DNA of 49,517 nucleotides from Halocafeteria seosinensis. Its lineage: Eukaryota. Of this stretch, positions 25,930 through 38,386 are shown piece by piece. The DNA lies in assembly GCA_001687465.1 (NCBI GenBank), contig LVLI01000591.1, positions 1-49,517 of the forward strand, in the 5' to 3' direction. Each line of letters opens with the position of its first letter. Within the stretch, counting starts at the first letter, position 1. A program made the translations under genes and the position numbers. A model generated the notes under the pieces. The model saw only the letters and a list, made by a program, of their open reading frames with translations. It did no database searches and was not told where the DNA came from.

Positions 25930-28900
25930 ATGGGATATTTGTCATTGGATCCGCCTCAGGACGATGGTGAGGAGCAAAGATGGGGTGCCGAGGGTGTTCG
26001 TCTGCTAAATATTGGCCAGTACGAAGCGTCGATTCTGGAATTCGACCGAGTTCTGGCCAGGAATCCGCAACAGAAAGAAGCCCTCTATAACAAGGGTTTG
26101 GCCCTGCAATTGCTTCTACGGTACGAAGACGCGCTTGTGGCGTATGAGAGGGCTTTAGTTGTGGATCCTCTTCGAGTGGATACCCATTATAACATGGGGT
26201 TGATTTGGTATCATTGGAATGACTATGATCAAGCAATCGTTTGTTATGACCGGGCGTTGGAACTGAATCCGCGTCATGTCAACTCGTTGTACAACGTAAG
26301 TTTAGCGTTGAATAATTCGGGACGACAACAGGAAGCAATCGAGTATGCAGACCGTGCGCTTGCGTTAGAGCCAACCAAGGTGGCGGCCATCTACAATAAA
26401 GCCCTAGCATGTCAGCGTATGGGCAATGAAGCTATGGCGATAGCAGTGTATGATGAAGCCATCGCTCTGGACCCGAAGCATGTTGATGCATTATACAACA
26501 GAGGATTGGCCTTATACAATATGAAGAAATACGAAGACTCGCTTGCATCGTACAAGAAGGCTCTTGAATTCAATCCAAAGCATGTCAACTCTCGATACAA
26601 TGCTGGACTTGCATGCTTTCACAGCAGCAAATTCACTGAAGCGATTACATGGTTTGACACTGTACTGGCGCTGGATCATGGACATATCAACGCTACGTAC
26701 AACAAAGCGTTGTCATATTACTCTTTGGGAAAGTACACAGAGTCTATCACAGTCAATAACCGCGTACTGGAGTTGGATCCAAAGAAAGTAAACGCGCTGT
26801 TCAATACCGGTCTCTGCTACTACAAACTAGGGGATAACAAGAAAGCAATTGAATTCTACGATAAGGCTTTAAACATAGATCCGAGCTATGAGAGAGCCAA
26901 AACAAGTAAGGAACTAGCAGAGAGTGCGTTACAGGGGAAGAAAAATGGGGAGTATGCGCCGACGAACTCATCCAATGCCGCTGTGGTAACTGAAAAGTAT
27001 TCCAAGGCGACAAATTTACACAACTCTGGAAAGTTTACCGAGGCAATCAAACTTTTCGACGAGGCATTGCTACTCGACCCTACTCATATAAACTGCCACT
27101 ACAACAAAGCACTTTCGCTCTTGTCTTCAAAGAGGTTCGAGGAGGCCGCGGCAGAGAACGATGAGGTGCTGAAACTGGATCCAAAGCATGCAAACGCGTG
27201 TTACAATAAGGCCTTGGCTTTATACTATCAGAAGGCCTATGATAAGAGTATTGAAGTCAACAAACGCGTCCTCGAAATTGATCCGAAAAGGGTAAATGCC
27301 CATTACAATATGGGTCTCAGTTACTACATGTTGGAGCAGGATGACGAAGCGGTAGAGTGCTTTAAACAAGCTTTAGAGATTGATCCATCCCATGCTAACT
27401 CGCGGGAATACCGTGACTTAGCACTGAAGCGTGGCAAGAGCAGCACTCTGTCCCCCGCTGAAGCACGACGTGCTAAGGAATACTACGACGAAGGCTATGG
27501 TCACTATTCAGCGGGCAAAAACGAAGAGGCCATCAAGGCATATGACAAAGCCTTGGATATTAACCCGAATCACATTAACGCCCACTACAATCGGGCACTC
27601 TCTTTGCATAACCTGAAGAGGTACGCAGAGGCAATCCGAGGCAACGACAGGGTACTTGAGTTGGACCCATCTCATGCGAGTGCTTCCTACAACAAGGCCC
27701 TCTCACTTCAATTTCAGTCGAAAACAGACCAGGCACTTGAGTGGTACGACAAGACTTTGGTCATCGACCCGAAAAAGGCAAATTGCCACTATAACAAAGG
27801 GCTAATTTTGTATGGGCGCAAGCAATACCGTGAAGCCATTAGAAGTTACTCCGAAGCGGTGCGGGTTGATCCCTCGATGAGCAACGCATTTTACAATCGT
27901 GGACTTTGCTTCTACTTCCTAAAAGAATATCATGAAGCAATCCAATCATATGATGAAGCCCTCAAACTTAACCAGGACTACGTTAACGTTTGGTTGAACA
28001 AAGGCATTGCTCTCGGAGCTCTACTGAGGCATGAAGAAGCAATGGCATGTTATGACAAAGTAATTGCGCTTGAGCCGACAAAAGAAACCGCCCACTTTAA
28101 CAAGGGATTTTCCTTATACTCGTTAAAGAAGTATGAGGAAGCCATTACCTGTTACAACGCTTCCCTTGCACTGAATCCTCGTGACACGAAGTCATTTTAT
28201 AACAAGGGTCTCGCTTATTACTACATGGGACACTATGACGATGCCATTAAGGCATATGACAAGGCTATCGCAATGGACAATCGCCATGTCAATGCTTTTT
28301 ACAACAAAGGGCTTGCATTGGTGAGTTCGAAAAAGTATAGCGATGCAATCAGCTGCTACGACCGAGTCTTGGCGATAGATCCCAACAAGGCCACGGCGTG
28401 CACTGAAAAAGCGTTTGTACTCCGGAGACTTGAGCAGTACGAGGCTGCAGTGGATTGCTACGAGTCTAAGGTCCTACAGAATGACCCCCTTTCTGGGGTT
28501 TCGCAAAAGGTGATGCTCCAAAATAGGGCTCTAGCTTTGTTTTGCTTGGGTAGGTATGCGGAGGCAGTCCAATACGGTAAACAAGCCATCCTCCTCCAGC
28601 CAAAGGCTCATCCTCTAATCGTTACAGGTGCCGCCTTAGCGCAGTTGGGAGAAAATGATGAAGCAGTGAAAACGTTCAATAAGGCGAACGATTTGATAAT
28701 CTCTGGGGAACTTTGCTCATGGGAGTTGACGCCTGCTGAATCTGCTCAAATGCTGAGCATATTAAGTGAGGGGAAGAAACTTGCCTCTGCTGGATCAAAA
28801 GTTCCATCTAATGCAAGCGTTCACAGTTATCCAGCCAGTGACCCAGATAGCGGTTCTGCAACTTCGGAAGGGTTGTCGACGGTGAGCAGTAAAGATTTGG

Positions 28901-30399
28901 AGGAAATACGGTCTGTCATGAAGTCTTTCGAAGCCAATGAACTCGTCAAGCGTTCCGATCTTGAAGAGTCGTTGAGAACCGAACTGGGAGAAAAGGAGCA
29001 CGCTTTTCTCCAAAGGGATGAAAACCTGTACCAGTTCTATTCAGCTCTAAATGGTACATTGTATGATTATTTTGTTGCCGCAATGGTAGTCAGCTCTGCT
29101 CAAGTGGATGCGGCTACTTCATCGAAGGTTACATTGTTTACTAGCATAATTTCCCAGCTCGTTGGGGGGATTCCGGTAGTCAGTCAACTCACGAGCAGTC
29201 TTGACTCCATGTTGCAGTGGGGCATGAAGCTCAAACAAGAAGCTGCTTTGAAGAACCTCCTCAGAGTGGAACCGGTGCATACAAAGATAGCTAGCAAAAT
29301 AGATGAAATCAGCCGCGGTATTGCTCTGGGAATGAGCGAAGAAATTGCAGGACTACCGCTGCTTCCCAAAGTGGGAACGTTAACGACGCTTGTCAAAGGT
29401 TTGAAAGGAAAATTGTTTTCGGAAGCCCCGCGCACACTTGCGGAAGTAGAAGGGGCGACTCATGGTTTGGCTATTATCAGACATTGTATGAGTGGGAAGG
29501 TAACACGAGAATCATTTTCCGCGGAGGATCTCTTGATTTGCTTGGGTGGCAAAGAATGTGTGTCAAAACTCGTCGTAGTGCGGCGGAACGTGGCTGGATT
29601 CAGTCCACGAAAGATTACATCAGCTTACACTTCGCGCCCATCACCTAGCACCGTTTCAGGTGTAAGTGCTACTGCGGTCAGCGCTTCTTCTACGGAGTCT
29701 AGCGAGTCAGTTTCAGAGCTGCGAAAACAAGTAGAGCAATTGCAAGAAGTCAGTGCCGGTATGAAGAACGTCACGGAGATGCAAAGAGAGATTCGTGTCC
29801 TGAAGGAGAAACTGGAGTCCTTAGACAATCCAAGTCACGATGGCGGGGATAGTGCGCAGATGTCCTTGAACAGGCCCGCGAAGGAAGGTCGAAGGGGAGC
29901 GCGACAGAGGACGGATGATGTTAACGAAGTACGGAGGGCTTTGGAGGAATTGCGAACATGTGCGCTAGACTCGAATGACCTTGAGGGAGGAATTCCCTCC
30001 GAACTAAAGAGGGAAAAGCGAGAACTGCAGGCTGCATCAATTCCTTTCCGAATGGCAGTAGAGCGAGTGAAGGAGATAATCAATGGTTTCTACGGCGAAG
30101 ACAACCATAACTATTCCCGATATGCATCAACTTTTGCTGTCAAGTACAGGCATAAAATCTCGATAGAGAAAGAACTTAGAGGAGGAGGAAAGAAAAACCC
30201 TTCCGTTGTATCGGGATCCAGGGTACTTGCGTTCTTCGACTCCCATATCGATCTTCGCGAAATACCGCTTCGGCAAATTTTGAAAACATTTGATGATTTC
30301 ATACAGTTTGATCGCATTCCTCTAGTTCGTGCGCCGAGCGGAACAGAAGCTGAGCCTCCATCTCAGGCATCGATGCGTGAGGCTCTCGGACTGGAGTAG
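25930..30399 (+). CDS. Giant intronless tetratricopeptide-repeat protein with uncharacterised helical C-terminal domain
   Basis: Single open frame with first ATG at 25930. It holds roughly two dozen 34-aa repeats of the type A.YNKGLAL..L.KYEEAI..YDKAL.LDP. A Ser-rich linker, a helical domain and a coiled-coil follow. Confidence 0.93.
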   Translation: MGYLSLDPPQDDGEEQRWGAEGVRLLNIGQYEASILEFDRVLARNPQQKEALYNKGLALQLLLRYEDALVAYERALVVDPLRVDTHYNMGLIWYHWNDYDQAIVCYDRALELNPRHVNSLYNVSLALNNSGRQQEAIEYADRALALEPTKVAAIYNKALACQRMGNEAMAIAVYDEAIALDPKHVDALYNRGLALYNMKKYEDSLASYKKALEFNPKHVNSRYNAGLACFHSSKFTEAITWFDTVLALDHGHINATYNKALSYYSLGKYTESITVNNRVLELDPKKVNALFNTGLCYYKLGDNKKAIEFYDKALNIDPSYERAKTSKELAESALQGKKNGEYAPTNSSNAAVVTEKYSKATNLHNSGKFTEAIKLFDEALLLDPTHINCHYNKALSLLSSKRFEEAAAENDEVLKLDPKHANACYNKALALYYQKAYDKSIEVNKRVLEIDPKRVNAHYNMGLSYYMLEQDDEAVECFKQALEIDPSHANSREYRDLALKRGKSSTLSPAEARRAKEYYDEGYGHYSAGKNEEAIKAYDKALDINPNHINAHYNRALSLHNLKRYAEAIRGNDRVLELDPSHASASYNKALSLQFQSKTDQALEWYDKTLVIDPKKANCHYNKGLILYGRKQYREAIRSYSEAVRVDPSMSNAFYNRGLCFYFLKEYHEAIQSYDEALKLNQDYVNVWLNKGIALGALLRHEEAMACYDKVIALEPTKETAHFNKGFSLYSLKKYEEAITCYNASLALNPRDTKSFYNKGLAYYYMGHYDDAIKAYDKAIAMDNRHVNAFYNKGLALVSSKKYSDAISCYDRVLAIDPNKATACTEKAFVLRRLEQYEAAVDCYESKVLQNDPLSGVSQKVMLQNRALALFCLGRYAEAVQYGKQAILLQPKAHPLIVTGAALAQLGENDEAVKTFNKANDLIISGELCSWELTPAESAQMLSILSEGKKLASAGSKVPSNASVHSYPASDPDSGSATSEGLSTVSSKDLEEIRSVMKSFEANELVKRSDLEESLRTELGEKEHAFLQRDENLYQFYSALNGTLYDYFVAAMVVSSAQVDAATSSKVTLFTSIISQLVGGIPVVSQLTSSLDSMLQWGMKLKQEAALKNLLRVEPVHTKIASKIDEISRGIALGMSEEIAGLPLLPKVGTLTTLVKGLKGKLFSEAPRTLAEVEGATHGLAIIRHCMSGKVTRESFSAEDLLICLGGKECVSKLVVVRRNVAGFSPRKITSAYTSRPSPSTVSGVSATAVSASSTESSESVSELRKQVEQLQEVSAGMKNVTEMQREIRVLKEKLESLDNPSHDGGDSAQMSLNRPAKEGRRGARQRTDDVNEVRRALEELRTCALDSNDLEGGIPSELKREKRELQAASIPFRMAVERVKEIINGFYGEDNHNYSRYASTFAVKYRHKISIEKELRGGGKKNPSVVSGSRVLAFFDSHIDLREIPLRQILKTFDDFIQFDRIPLVRAPSGTEAEPPSQASMREALGLE

Positions 30400-31014
30400 G
30401 TGCATCCATCGTGTCTCAGCGGCTGATGAAATAGTGGTTCTTTTTCCTTACCTTTCCCGGGACGCGTTCTACTCTTCTCTCTTTCTGCCTTTGCTGGGGG
30501 TCATCTCTACAGCAACATCATGGACGAAACAGGAATATGAAGACGAGGGGAACCAGTCCCTATCGTAGGGAACGAAGAAGACTAAGGCGAAGTTGCCTCC
30601 TTCCTCTCGGACAAATAGTCACATTGTTAAGGGTACAATTTCCCCTCGGAAAATTTGAAAGTTCATACGAAGCTCGTTTCATTCCTTCTATACATAGAGG
30701 AATGATAGCAAAGTAAGCAATGTCCACAACAGATTCGCCATAGTTGTATTCCATCCGCTCGATCGACTTAATGTAAGCTATATTAGGTAGTTAACTGATC
30801 TAAATCCCTTGCCAGCTAGCCTTCAAAGAGAGGCCTTCTGCCATCGTCGTCATTTCGTTTCCTAGGTAATATTACTTTATTGTTTATATACGTGTCAATG
30901 ACACTCAAATTTTCATAACCAATAAAAAAGCGGGCGTGAATACATCGGGGCTGTCCCGATTCGTCGCAAGTGAACTGTGCGCATCAAGCTTGAAACATGG
31001 TTCTCAGTAGAGTA

Positions 31015-33917
31015 TCATGCCGCTGAAGGTTCTTGATCCTTTTGACTCTTTGTATTACCTGTTGAAGCCGACGCTTCCGACCCTTCACTCTTTTTGTTTT
31101 TGCCTAGAGAGTCCAGATGACTCCTCAATTGATCAAAATCACTGAAACCACCCGCCTTCCTCTTATGGAATTCCCGTTTCTTGCCGGTGTAGGACACGCC
31201 CTGAGTCTCGCGACGTCTGTAAATTCTTGTATCGATAAGCGCCGTTTGTAGCAAGTATTTTGAGAGGGAATCACGGAAACTTACCGCTGGAGATCCTCAT
31301 TTTTCTCGATCCACGTTTCGGCAGTTTCCTTCAGTGTTTGGAACATGCTGTCTCGCTCTTCCATTGTTCTGGCCATTTCATCAATACAGATGTGAATGAA
31401 ACTTCGCAGTGCTTAAAATAAAACTGATAGGCTTACTTGAACCAAAATGTGATGTTATCTATGGCGATTGAAACACTTCCATCTTTATGTCGGACGGGTC
31501 GCTTATGTAGCAGATCGAAGAGATACAAATCAGAGCCACCTTCACCCATACCGGCCCCAGGATTTCCAGAAGACATTGAAGAGCTGCCGTATCGTGCAAG
31601 ACTAGTACTACGTCGTTCAACATTGGGAGTCTCTTCTCCTGAGTTTGTTACAGGGACTTGTGCGCTTTGAGGTCGCTCAGAGTTTGCCGCACTGTGGATC
31701 TCATGAAGCTTTCGCCGAGTGACAGTTTTCGACTTTTCAATTTCATCCGGTTTTAATTCTTGCCCATATCCTGGGCGTAGCAATATTTGTGTAAGATCCA
31801 CGTTGCTCACGACCTGTTCCAAGGAATTTAAAGCAGTTATCAAACAGTAAAATAACACCGTAAACAGGAGAGAACTAGACATACCTTGTATCTGGGACCG
31901 TTGGGGCCACTAGGGTTCTTTGATTGCACATTTCCGTACACATGCTTTGCAATGATAAACGAGTCAGTAAACAAGAAGAATCGGAATGGTCGCGGCTTCT
32001 GCGACTTAGCATCACCATTGGGGAATGAGATATACACTTCGGACTTATCTAAAACGAAATGTCTGCCGGGTTGGAGCAAGTCAGGTATAGATTCCTGCAA
32101 CAGTGTTCGAATTTCAACCATCCTTCGTGTTTTCTCCTCCCGGTCTATTTGGGTGTTGACCTCGTTGGCCACCCTACCCACTTCGTTGGCAGCTTTTTCA
32201 AGTTGATCTCGGCATGGATGATCTGATCCCATGTGTTTCAGCAGATCTTTAAAGAAGAGAGGATATTTGCAGATACGTTGTACAGGTTTGATTAGGAAAG
32301 ACTCAAAACCCAGGCCGTTGATTTCAGGCTGCCTGGCACAGTACTGCAAGAATCCAGAAAATGCTTGGTTCGATTCTGACTCCCTCCTTACAATATCCAT
32401 CGCGTTCCAGTAATTTTGGCAGTATTCAGTGTACATGCGAAAAAACGGCATCAGACTCGTAAAGGCATGAGCAATAGAATCGCTAAGTCGTGTTTCCGGA
32501 TCTGAAATGCCTTTGCACAAAGTCTGCAAGAGTTCCCCATTAATTTCCAACAGCGTTTCGGCGTTAGAAAAAATGCCTTCTATGTCCTCGTTCTTCAAGA
32601 CTGGACGACCCTGGTCCACCGTTCGTTTTAAGGGATACTTGAATTGCTGAATCAAGGTTTGTAGGTCACGAACGTATTGTTTCTCAGTGTCTACTATTTC
32701 GCAATAAGCTCGATAGCGATGTAGATCATTCGGATCTCCGTGATCTTCCCATTGCTCCGGTACAGACGGCAACTTCCACACGTCAAGTTTCAGGGGACTC
32801 TCGAATACTTTAGATTTAATTGACTGTCTTTTGGGCTGAGAAAATGATTCGCTTCTTTTCGAGCTCGTTTGCGAGTCTCCTGATTCATCACTCGCTCGAA
32901 TACTACTTGACTTCTCAGCTGTTGGAGATGCCGTATGGGCGCCTTCTTCACTATCTCTGCTTATCTCTCCGTTGTCGCTGACTTGCTTGGTCTGATTCAT
33001 ATTTGGAGGGCTTTCAGGTTCGGGAGGTGGAGGCGGTAAACTATACCGGTCTTGCGTGGTCTCTTCCTGGGACGGAGGTGGAGGTGCAGCTGCTGGTTGA
33101 GATTTTTGATTTGCTCCAGTTTTGCTGGCTACACTGCCAGAGTGTGACGCTTGGGTCACAGGAAGATTGGCCTTGACCGGTTTCGGTCTCCTCTTTTCCG
33201 CCAACCGCGCATTGAGTGTCCTTTGGGCACTACTACAAGCCTCAATCATTCGCTCTCGTTGCTCAGCAGTTTCGCACCACAAAGTGAAGTGATAGGTGCT
33301 TTCTGTGACCGAAGGTCAAACAATGAACCACATGCTCTACTTTATCATTGTCACTGAGTCAAACTTACTCCCATCTTTCGATGAATCGTTCTCGCCCATC
33401 GTACCCACATTTCCAGTACAAATGAGATGAATCGGAAAGAAGCCATCTTCCAATTGGTTCGCCATTTTCACTTTCGATTTCAATAACGGAAACGAATAGC
33501 AGCGGTACTTCCCAGCCAGTACATTGTTCATGCGCTTCCCAATAAGCTGCATTCTCACATACACTAAGTTCCAGGAGTCGAACGCAACAGGAACGACGCA
33601 ATGGTACCTACCAAGACATCCGAAAATAGCACAAAGTAGTAAGGCCGACGGCGTGTTTTCTGCCGAGGAATCGAAAAATCCGGTGTCTTGGCTCCTTCCA
33701 CATATTCGGATGTAATGAACCGTCTCCCGGGAAGTTGCAGCGACTGCACGCTCATACGGTCCCCGGGTGTAATTAACACGAAGTACCCCACTTGATTTTG
33801 GTCGCCAACACCTACTTCATGCGCCTTGGGGAAGCATTCCAAGACATCCTCCGTGCTCGCGAACGGCCTTACGGGGGCCATCGACGAGGAATGTCCATGC
33901 GCGCCACTTTTCGACAT
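31015..33917 (-). CDS. Dbl-family RhoGEF (PH - Pro-rich - DH - PH), multi-exon
   Basis: DH motifs: EIVDTEKQYVRDL, IEGIFSNAETLLEINGELL, FRMYTEYCQNY, FESFLIKPVQRICKYPLFFKDLLKH. The following PH domain has RFFLFTDSFIIAK. An N-terminal PH-like domain is assembled through introns 33744-33815, 33547-33611 and 33303-33368. Further introns lie near 31884 and below. Confidence 0.92.
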
Positions 33918-34700
33918 CTTTATACCCGTCCGCCACCGTCTATATGCGCGTCCAAAGCCAATGAAATACCACTGTGGTTGCTGGACTGACTTCCTTAACC
34001 GTGCGACCGAACCGCTGGACACTCAATGCTCTCGTTCACCACTTCTGTTGCATTGTTTCTTGCCACTGATGGATGGATCCATGAGAACTAACTATGTGGA
34101 GCAAGTTGAGAACGCATGTGTAACACAATTCGAGGACATGAAACACTTTATACGGAGCGATCCCGGGATCCCGGATTCCAGCTTCGTTTTCCGCAGAGGA
34201 ATCCTAAGTGTCGTTGGTTACACATAAGGACTTCTGTACCCTAGGTTAATTGTGCTTTTTGCACCTATGGTATATGGTAGTGTTCCACGAACATCGTGAT
34301 CGTGGCAGCAAAGTGGGTCAGCGCTCTTCTACGGCTTATGTAAAAAAACACATCCTGCCACTGGTTACTTACCGCGTTTGGTTTTGTATTCGGCAATACT
34401 ATTTGCCTCAGTGTAAAGGCTTCCACCGGTGGAACCCGCTTCCAGTCTACATTGACTCCACTTACACATGCGAATAGCGGAAAGCATCCACCAAAACCAT
34501 CTTGGTATTGCCTAAAAACACTGCTGATCCTGGAATGCGACGCATCTTGAGTCAACTTGCGACCGAGCCGAAAAGCGCGCCCTACGCACTATACACGTTC
34601 CATACAGTAGAATTCACTGCCCATTGAGTTGAATACAAAGTATATTATTAGTAGTATGTGCTAGGGATAGAATCATGAATTGTGGCGTGGTGTTGGAGAA

Positions 34701-37045
34701 ATGGAGGAGCAAAGACTGGAAGAGAATGCGACCGACGCCGGCACTTCTCAGCAGTATACTCAGCCCTTAAATCGTGATACATGGCGGAGGGGGCGACGAA
34801 GGAGCAGTCAGGGTCGTGTCAATGACCCCAAGAAGCCACATTCGAAGGGGCAGTATTTTATCCGTAAACCGAAAACGTTCCGTCGAGCATTGCTTCACGT
34901 ACCTCAAAACTATCCGGTAGGCGCGCTCCATGTTGCTGCTGCGTTTATACAGGTACGTCAGCTGCATTTTGGGGGTAAAATCGAATGCTTTGTGATGGAG
35001 TGACTAAACATGTAACTTGAATGTCGCAGGCGCAATGGCGCAAAGTGCTCGCGCAGAAAGAGTTACAGAAAGCGTTAGGGCAAGATCCGAATTCCAAACT
35101 TCGCAATTCCTTGTATTTTTTGAGAGAAACCTTAGGGAAGGATCCCAATGAACTTAAGTTCCACCAAGAGGATGAAACCAAAGGCGAGACCGAAGACGTA
35201 TCCGAGGATCCAAATGGAGGGGGATTGAAAGCGATGGGAAAATTGATTTCCAAGTACCATCAGCGAGTCGAGCCGATACTGTCCGAGAGATGCCGGGTAT
35301 TGTTCTGCGATCTCAATGCTAAGTCGGCTGATGAGTTCGCCGAATGGCTACGCTTTGGATATACTAGTGTCATAGGAAGATATGAACGATTTGCTCTGTG
35401 GTGTGCACACAGAATAGTCGCTTGGTGGAGAATGCTAAAGAAGCGGAGGTGGTACTTCATTTATCATCTTACAGATCGCTTCGTCGTATACCATATCGCT
35501 GCGACAGAGATTTGTCGAACACTAGATGGCTATTTCAAAGCCAGGTATGGAAGACACTGGCTCAGACTCCGAACAAAAGGAGGGCCCACGCGGAGAAACT
35601 GGCTCGCTGTGGACTTTTTTGCATGGAGCATCCAAAATGCTTGGATCGGGGCAAGTAACAAGAAGGTATATAGTTTCTACAAACGATTGGTGCAATGCTT
35701 TAATAAATCGGGTGACCCAAAGAGGATTCTGGCTTCTATCAATCCTCGCGAAGCGGCCCTTGTCGACCCAGCCAGTGGTATTCAGCTGAGGTTTAGGCTC
35801 GGCGGTTTATCGTTTCCCCCACAGATTTACTACAAAATATTCGTGAACAGCTCCGTTTGTGATGTGAACTCGTTTGCACCGAGAGACTACAACGAGGAGA
35901 AAACCGCCCTCGAGAAAGCTCGCCAAATCGAGAGTACCGAAGGAGCGGAGGTGGCCAAACGAGCTGTCAAAACCTACTTGGCTAAGACCACGGAACAACG
36001 GTGGTATCAACGTTTGGAAAATAATGGTTGGAGGCCGGCTAATGTCAAAACTCTCGCAGAAGCCGAAGATGATGTGATCAATCAGCTCACCCGAAACCGC
36101 GTAAAGACTCTGCGTGCGGGACGTGGCGTCGGAGGCGGTGGTGCTGCTGCGAGGACAATCGCATACACAAAACCTCAAAAGCGGCAATTAGCATCCCTCC
36201 ATAAGAAGCTTAAGAAGCGCCAGTGGTTGATGAAGCTGTATACAAATGGATTTTCTCATCGCAAGAATGAATACGATGATATGGAGGACTCCCACTATGC
36301 TGGAAATGGGGACACGAAGATTGATCGATTTATACCAGAGGAAGATGAGGTAGAAGAATTGCTTGAGTGGTCTTCGATGTTGGATTTTGATCAATATGTG
36401 GAAGAGTGGGAACAATTAGGCACTTCTGCAGTAGCTCTTCCACCAGAGCCATATCTCACTCACCACACAACTGCGAAACAGGCCGATCAGGAAGACGAGG
36501 AGAAGGAAGAGAAACAAACGCAAAATGTGAGTCATTTGGTAGATACTGATACAGCTAGAATACTCTCTCCAGCTATTGAAAAGCGAGAAAAACATTTCAC
36601 ATACGAACTCCATAGGGTCGTCGGAGCAAGGTTCGCACAGGAAGAACAGACTTCCGAAGGCAAGCTATCGCCCAAAATGGAAGAGTTCCAGTGGGAGGGT
36701 CTGGACCGCGAAAATGCTCCAAACGGTGTTCGACAACCGCAGACGAAGCGCAACACGGAGCGTAGATCTTCGTTTTCGGAGGAAGCAGCTGTGCAATGGG
36801 GATCTTCGCAACGGCCAAGACGCCGATCCACCTCTGGGACACAAGGTTACTATCCTAAAGCAAACATGTTCCAGAAGAAGCATAGAACAAGTCAGACCGA
36901 ACGAGTTCATAGCGTCCGGGAGAGCGCTTCTAGTGGCTTGGCAACCGATATATCTGGTAACGCGGAGGAAGACATATCAGCGTGGGACGGGAAGGAATTT
37001 GGATTCCACCCCACTTGCGACAAGACTAGACTAATCACAGACTAA
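34701..37045 (+). CDS. MFI / C11orf65-like protein with IQ-like motifs, 2 exons
   Basis: Intron 34953-35029 creates AAAFIQ|AQWRKVLAQK, an IQ motif. The core matches the C11orf65/MFI family pattern: GDPKRILASINPREAALVDPASGIQLRFRLGGLSFPPQIYYKIF…DVNSFAPRDY…WYQRLENNGWR…LLEWSSMLDFDQYVEEW…GTS. Confidence 0.85.
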
Positions 37046-38386
37046 ACTAATGAATGACATACCAATGTAAGCTCGAGTATTGGTTATGGCAAACACTGCA
37101 TTGCCAAGTAGTCCTTGGGCTGCTGCGACCGCCTCCACCACCCACATTTAGACCCATACTTCTTTTCGGAGTTGATAGTTGCGCTACAGCCACCACTGAG
37201 TGCTAATGACATAGCTCACTCCAACCTCCTTGCGAGACCCCTACTGCGCTCAATATTCAGTAAGGAAGCGTGTTCTCCCGCGCGTCACGGTAGAGTTGTG
37301 AGCCGCTGAGCAGCTTTTGACGGCCAAGTGAGTGTGCGAGAAATTATTTTCTTCACATCAACTCTTAGTAACATCAACATACACTCTGGATCTATCGCCA
37401 AGGACATGATCGAGCTTTGGGAACGGGATAGAGCGGAACATGCAGCGAAAAGGGGAGAGCAGAACAGGGGCGACAAAACGGGAGAACAGAACAGTGGTGA
37501 CACGAAGCCGCTTCAACCTCACACCAGAGGAGCTCCTTATGGGCTGTTGGTCTCTGCCATGATAGCGTCAGTAGTTATGTTGCTTCTCGCGAGGGACGCA
37601 GGAGCCTCCTCATGTATCGTTCAGGGGGCAATCAAAAACTCCCAGTTCAAGGACACGTACCAGGATTCCAGGAAGGAGGACATTCCCGGCCCTCCCGTTG
37701 GAACTTCCAGGACTCGGGAACAAATGATTTACATATTGTCGACCCTTCCACTAATGGTGGGTGGGATCATTATACCAAAGCCGGAAACATTGCCCGGGCT
37801 AGTTGGGAGGGAAATGGAGGCAGTAACAACAAAGTGGTGCTTCAGCAAGATGATGTCTGCCTTTCCGGCAAGCTCCTGGAGCTTGATATCATCGGACCCT
37901 CCGGAGGAAACCCAAAAAGATCTAACCATAGGGTCTATGTGGATGGAATCCAAATTGAGAACTGTGGGTATGTAACTAATGGAGAATGGAGGACTTGCCG
38001 TGCGGATATCAGTTCTTATAATGCGAAACACAAACTCAAGCTAACGTGGGAGCAACGGTCAGGTGATAACAACGGCAATTCAGGAAAAGCCAATATCAGA
38101 GTCATCCAAGACGCAAACCGCTGCAGCACCTGTTCAAAAGGAATTATGGTTGTTCCGGAAAGTTGTGATTTATGCTGCTGCAAGACACAGATGTGCCAAG
38201 AATGTGCACCCGTGCCGTCACCAACAATGACTCCTACCCAAACTAGAACGCGTACTCCTTCTAGCACGCGTACACAGACACCAACTGCGACTAGAACCCC
38301 ATCGAAGACTAGTACCGGTACAGGGACACCTACGTGTACCAGAACCCCAACAAGAACGAGTTCGACCTCTACCAATAGCTTGAGTA
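36940..38386 (+). repeat. Segmental duplication copy A (~1.45 kb), near-identical to 40921-42377
   Basis: Alignable base by base from GGCAACCGATATATCTGG to …ACCAATAGC(T/C)TGAGTA, with scattered SNPs and small indels. It includes the last ~35 codons of the MFI-like gene. Confidence 0.95.

Noticed and set aside
26000..28700. ~102-nt periodicity suggestive of a CRISPR-like or DNA repeat array
   Set aside because: It is protein-level TPR periodicity with degenerate codons. There are no identical direct repeats with spacers.
30560..30754. Short minus-strand ORF faintly resembling a bestrophin-like C-terminal helix
   Set aside because: It lacks the diagnostic (D/N)PFG motif, and no supporting exons were found.
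37445..37505. 27-nt tandem duplication upstream of the signal peptide (also ~41430-41485)
   Set aside because: Only two units, copied with the segmental duplication. No evidence of independent function.
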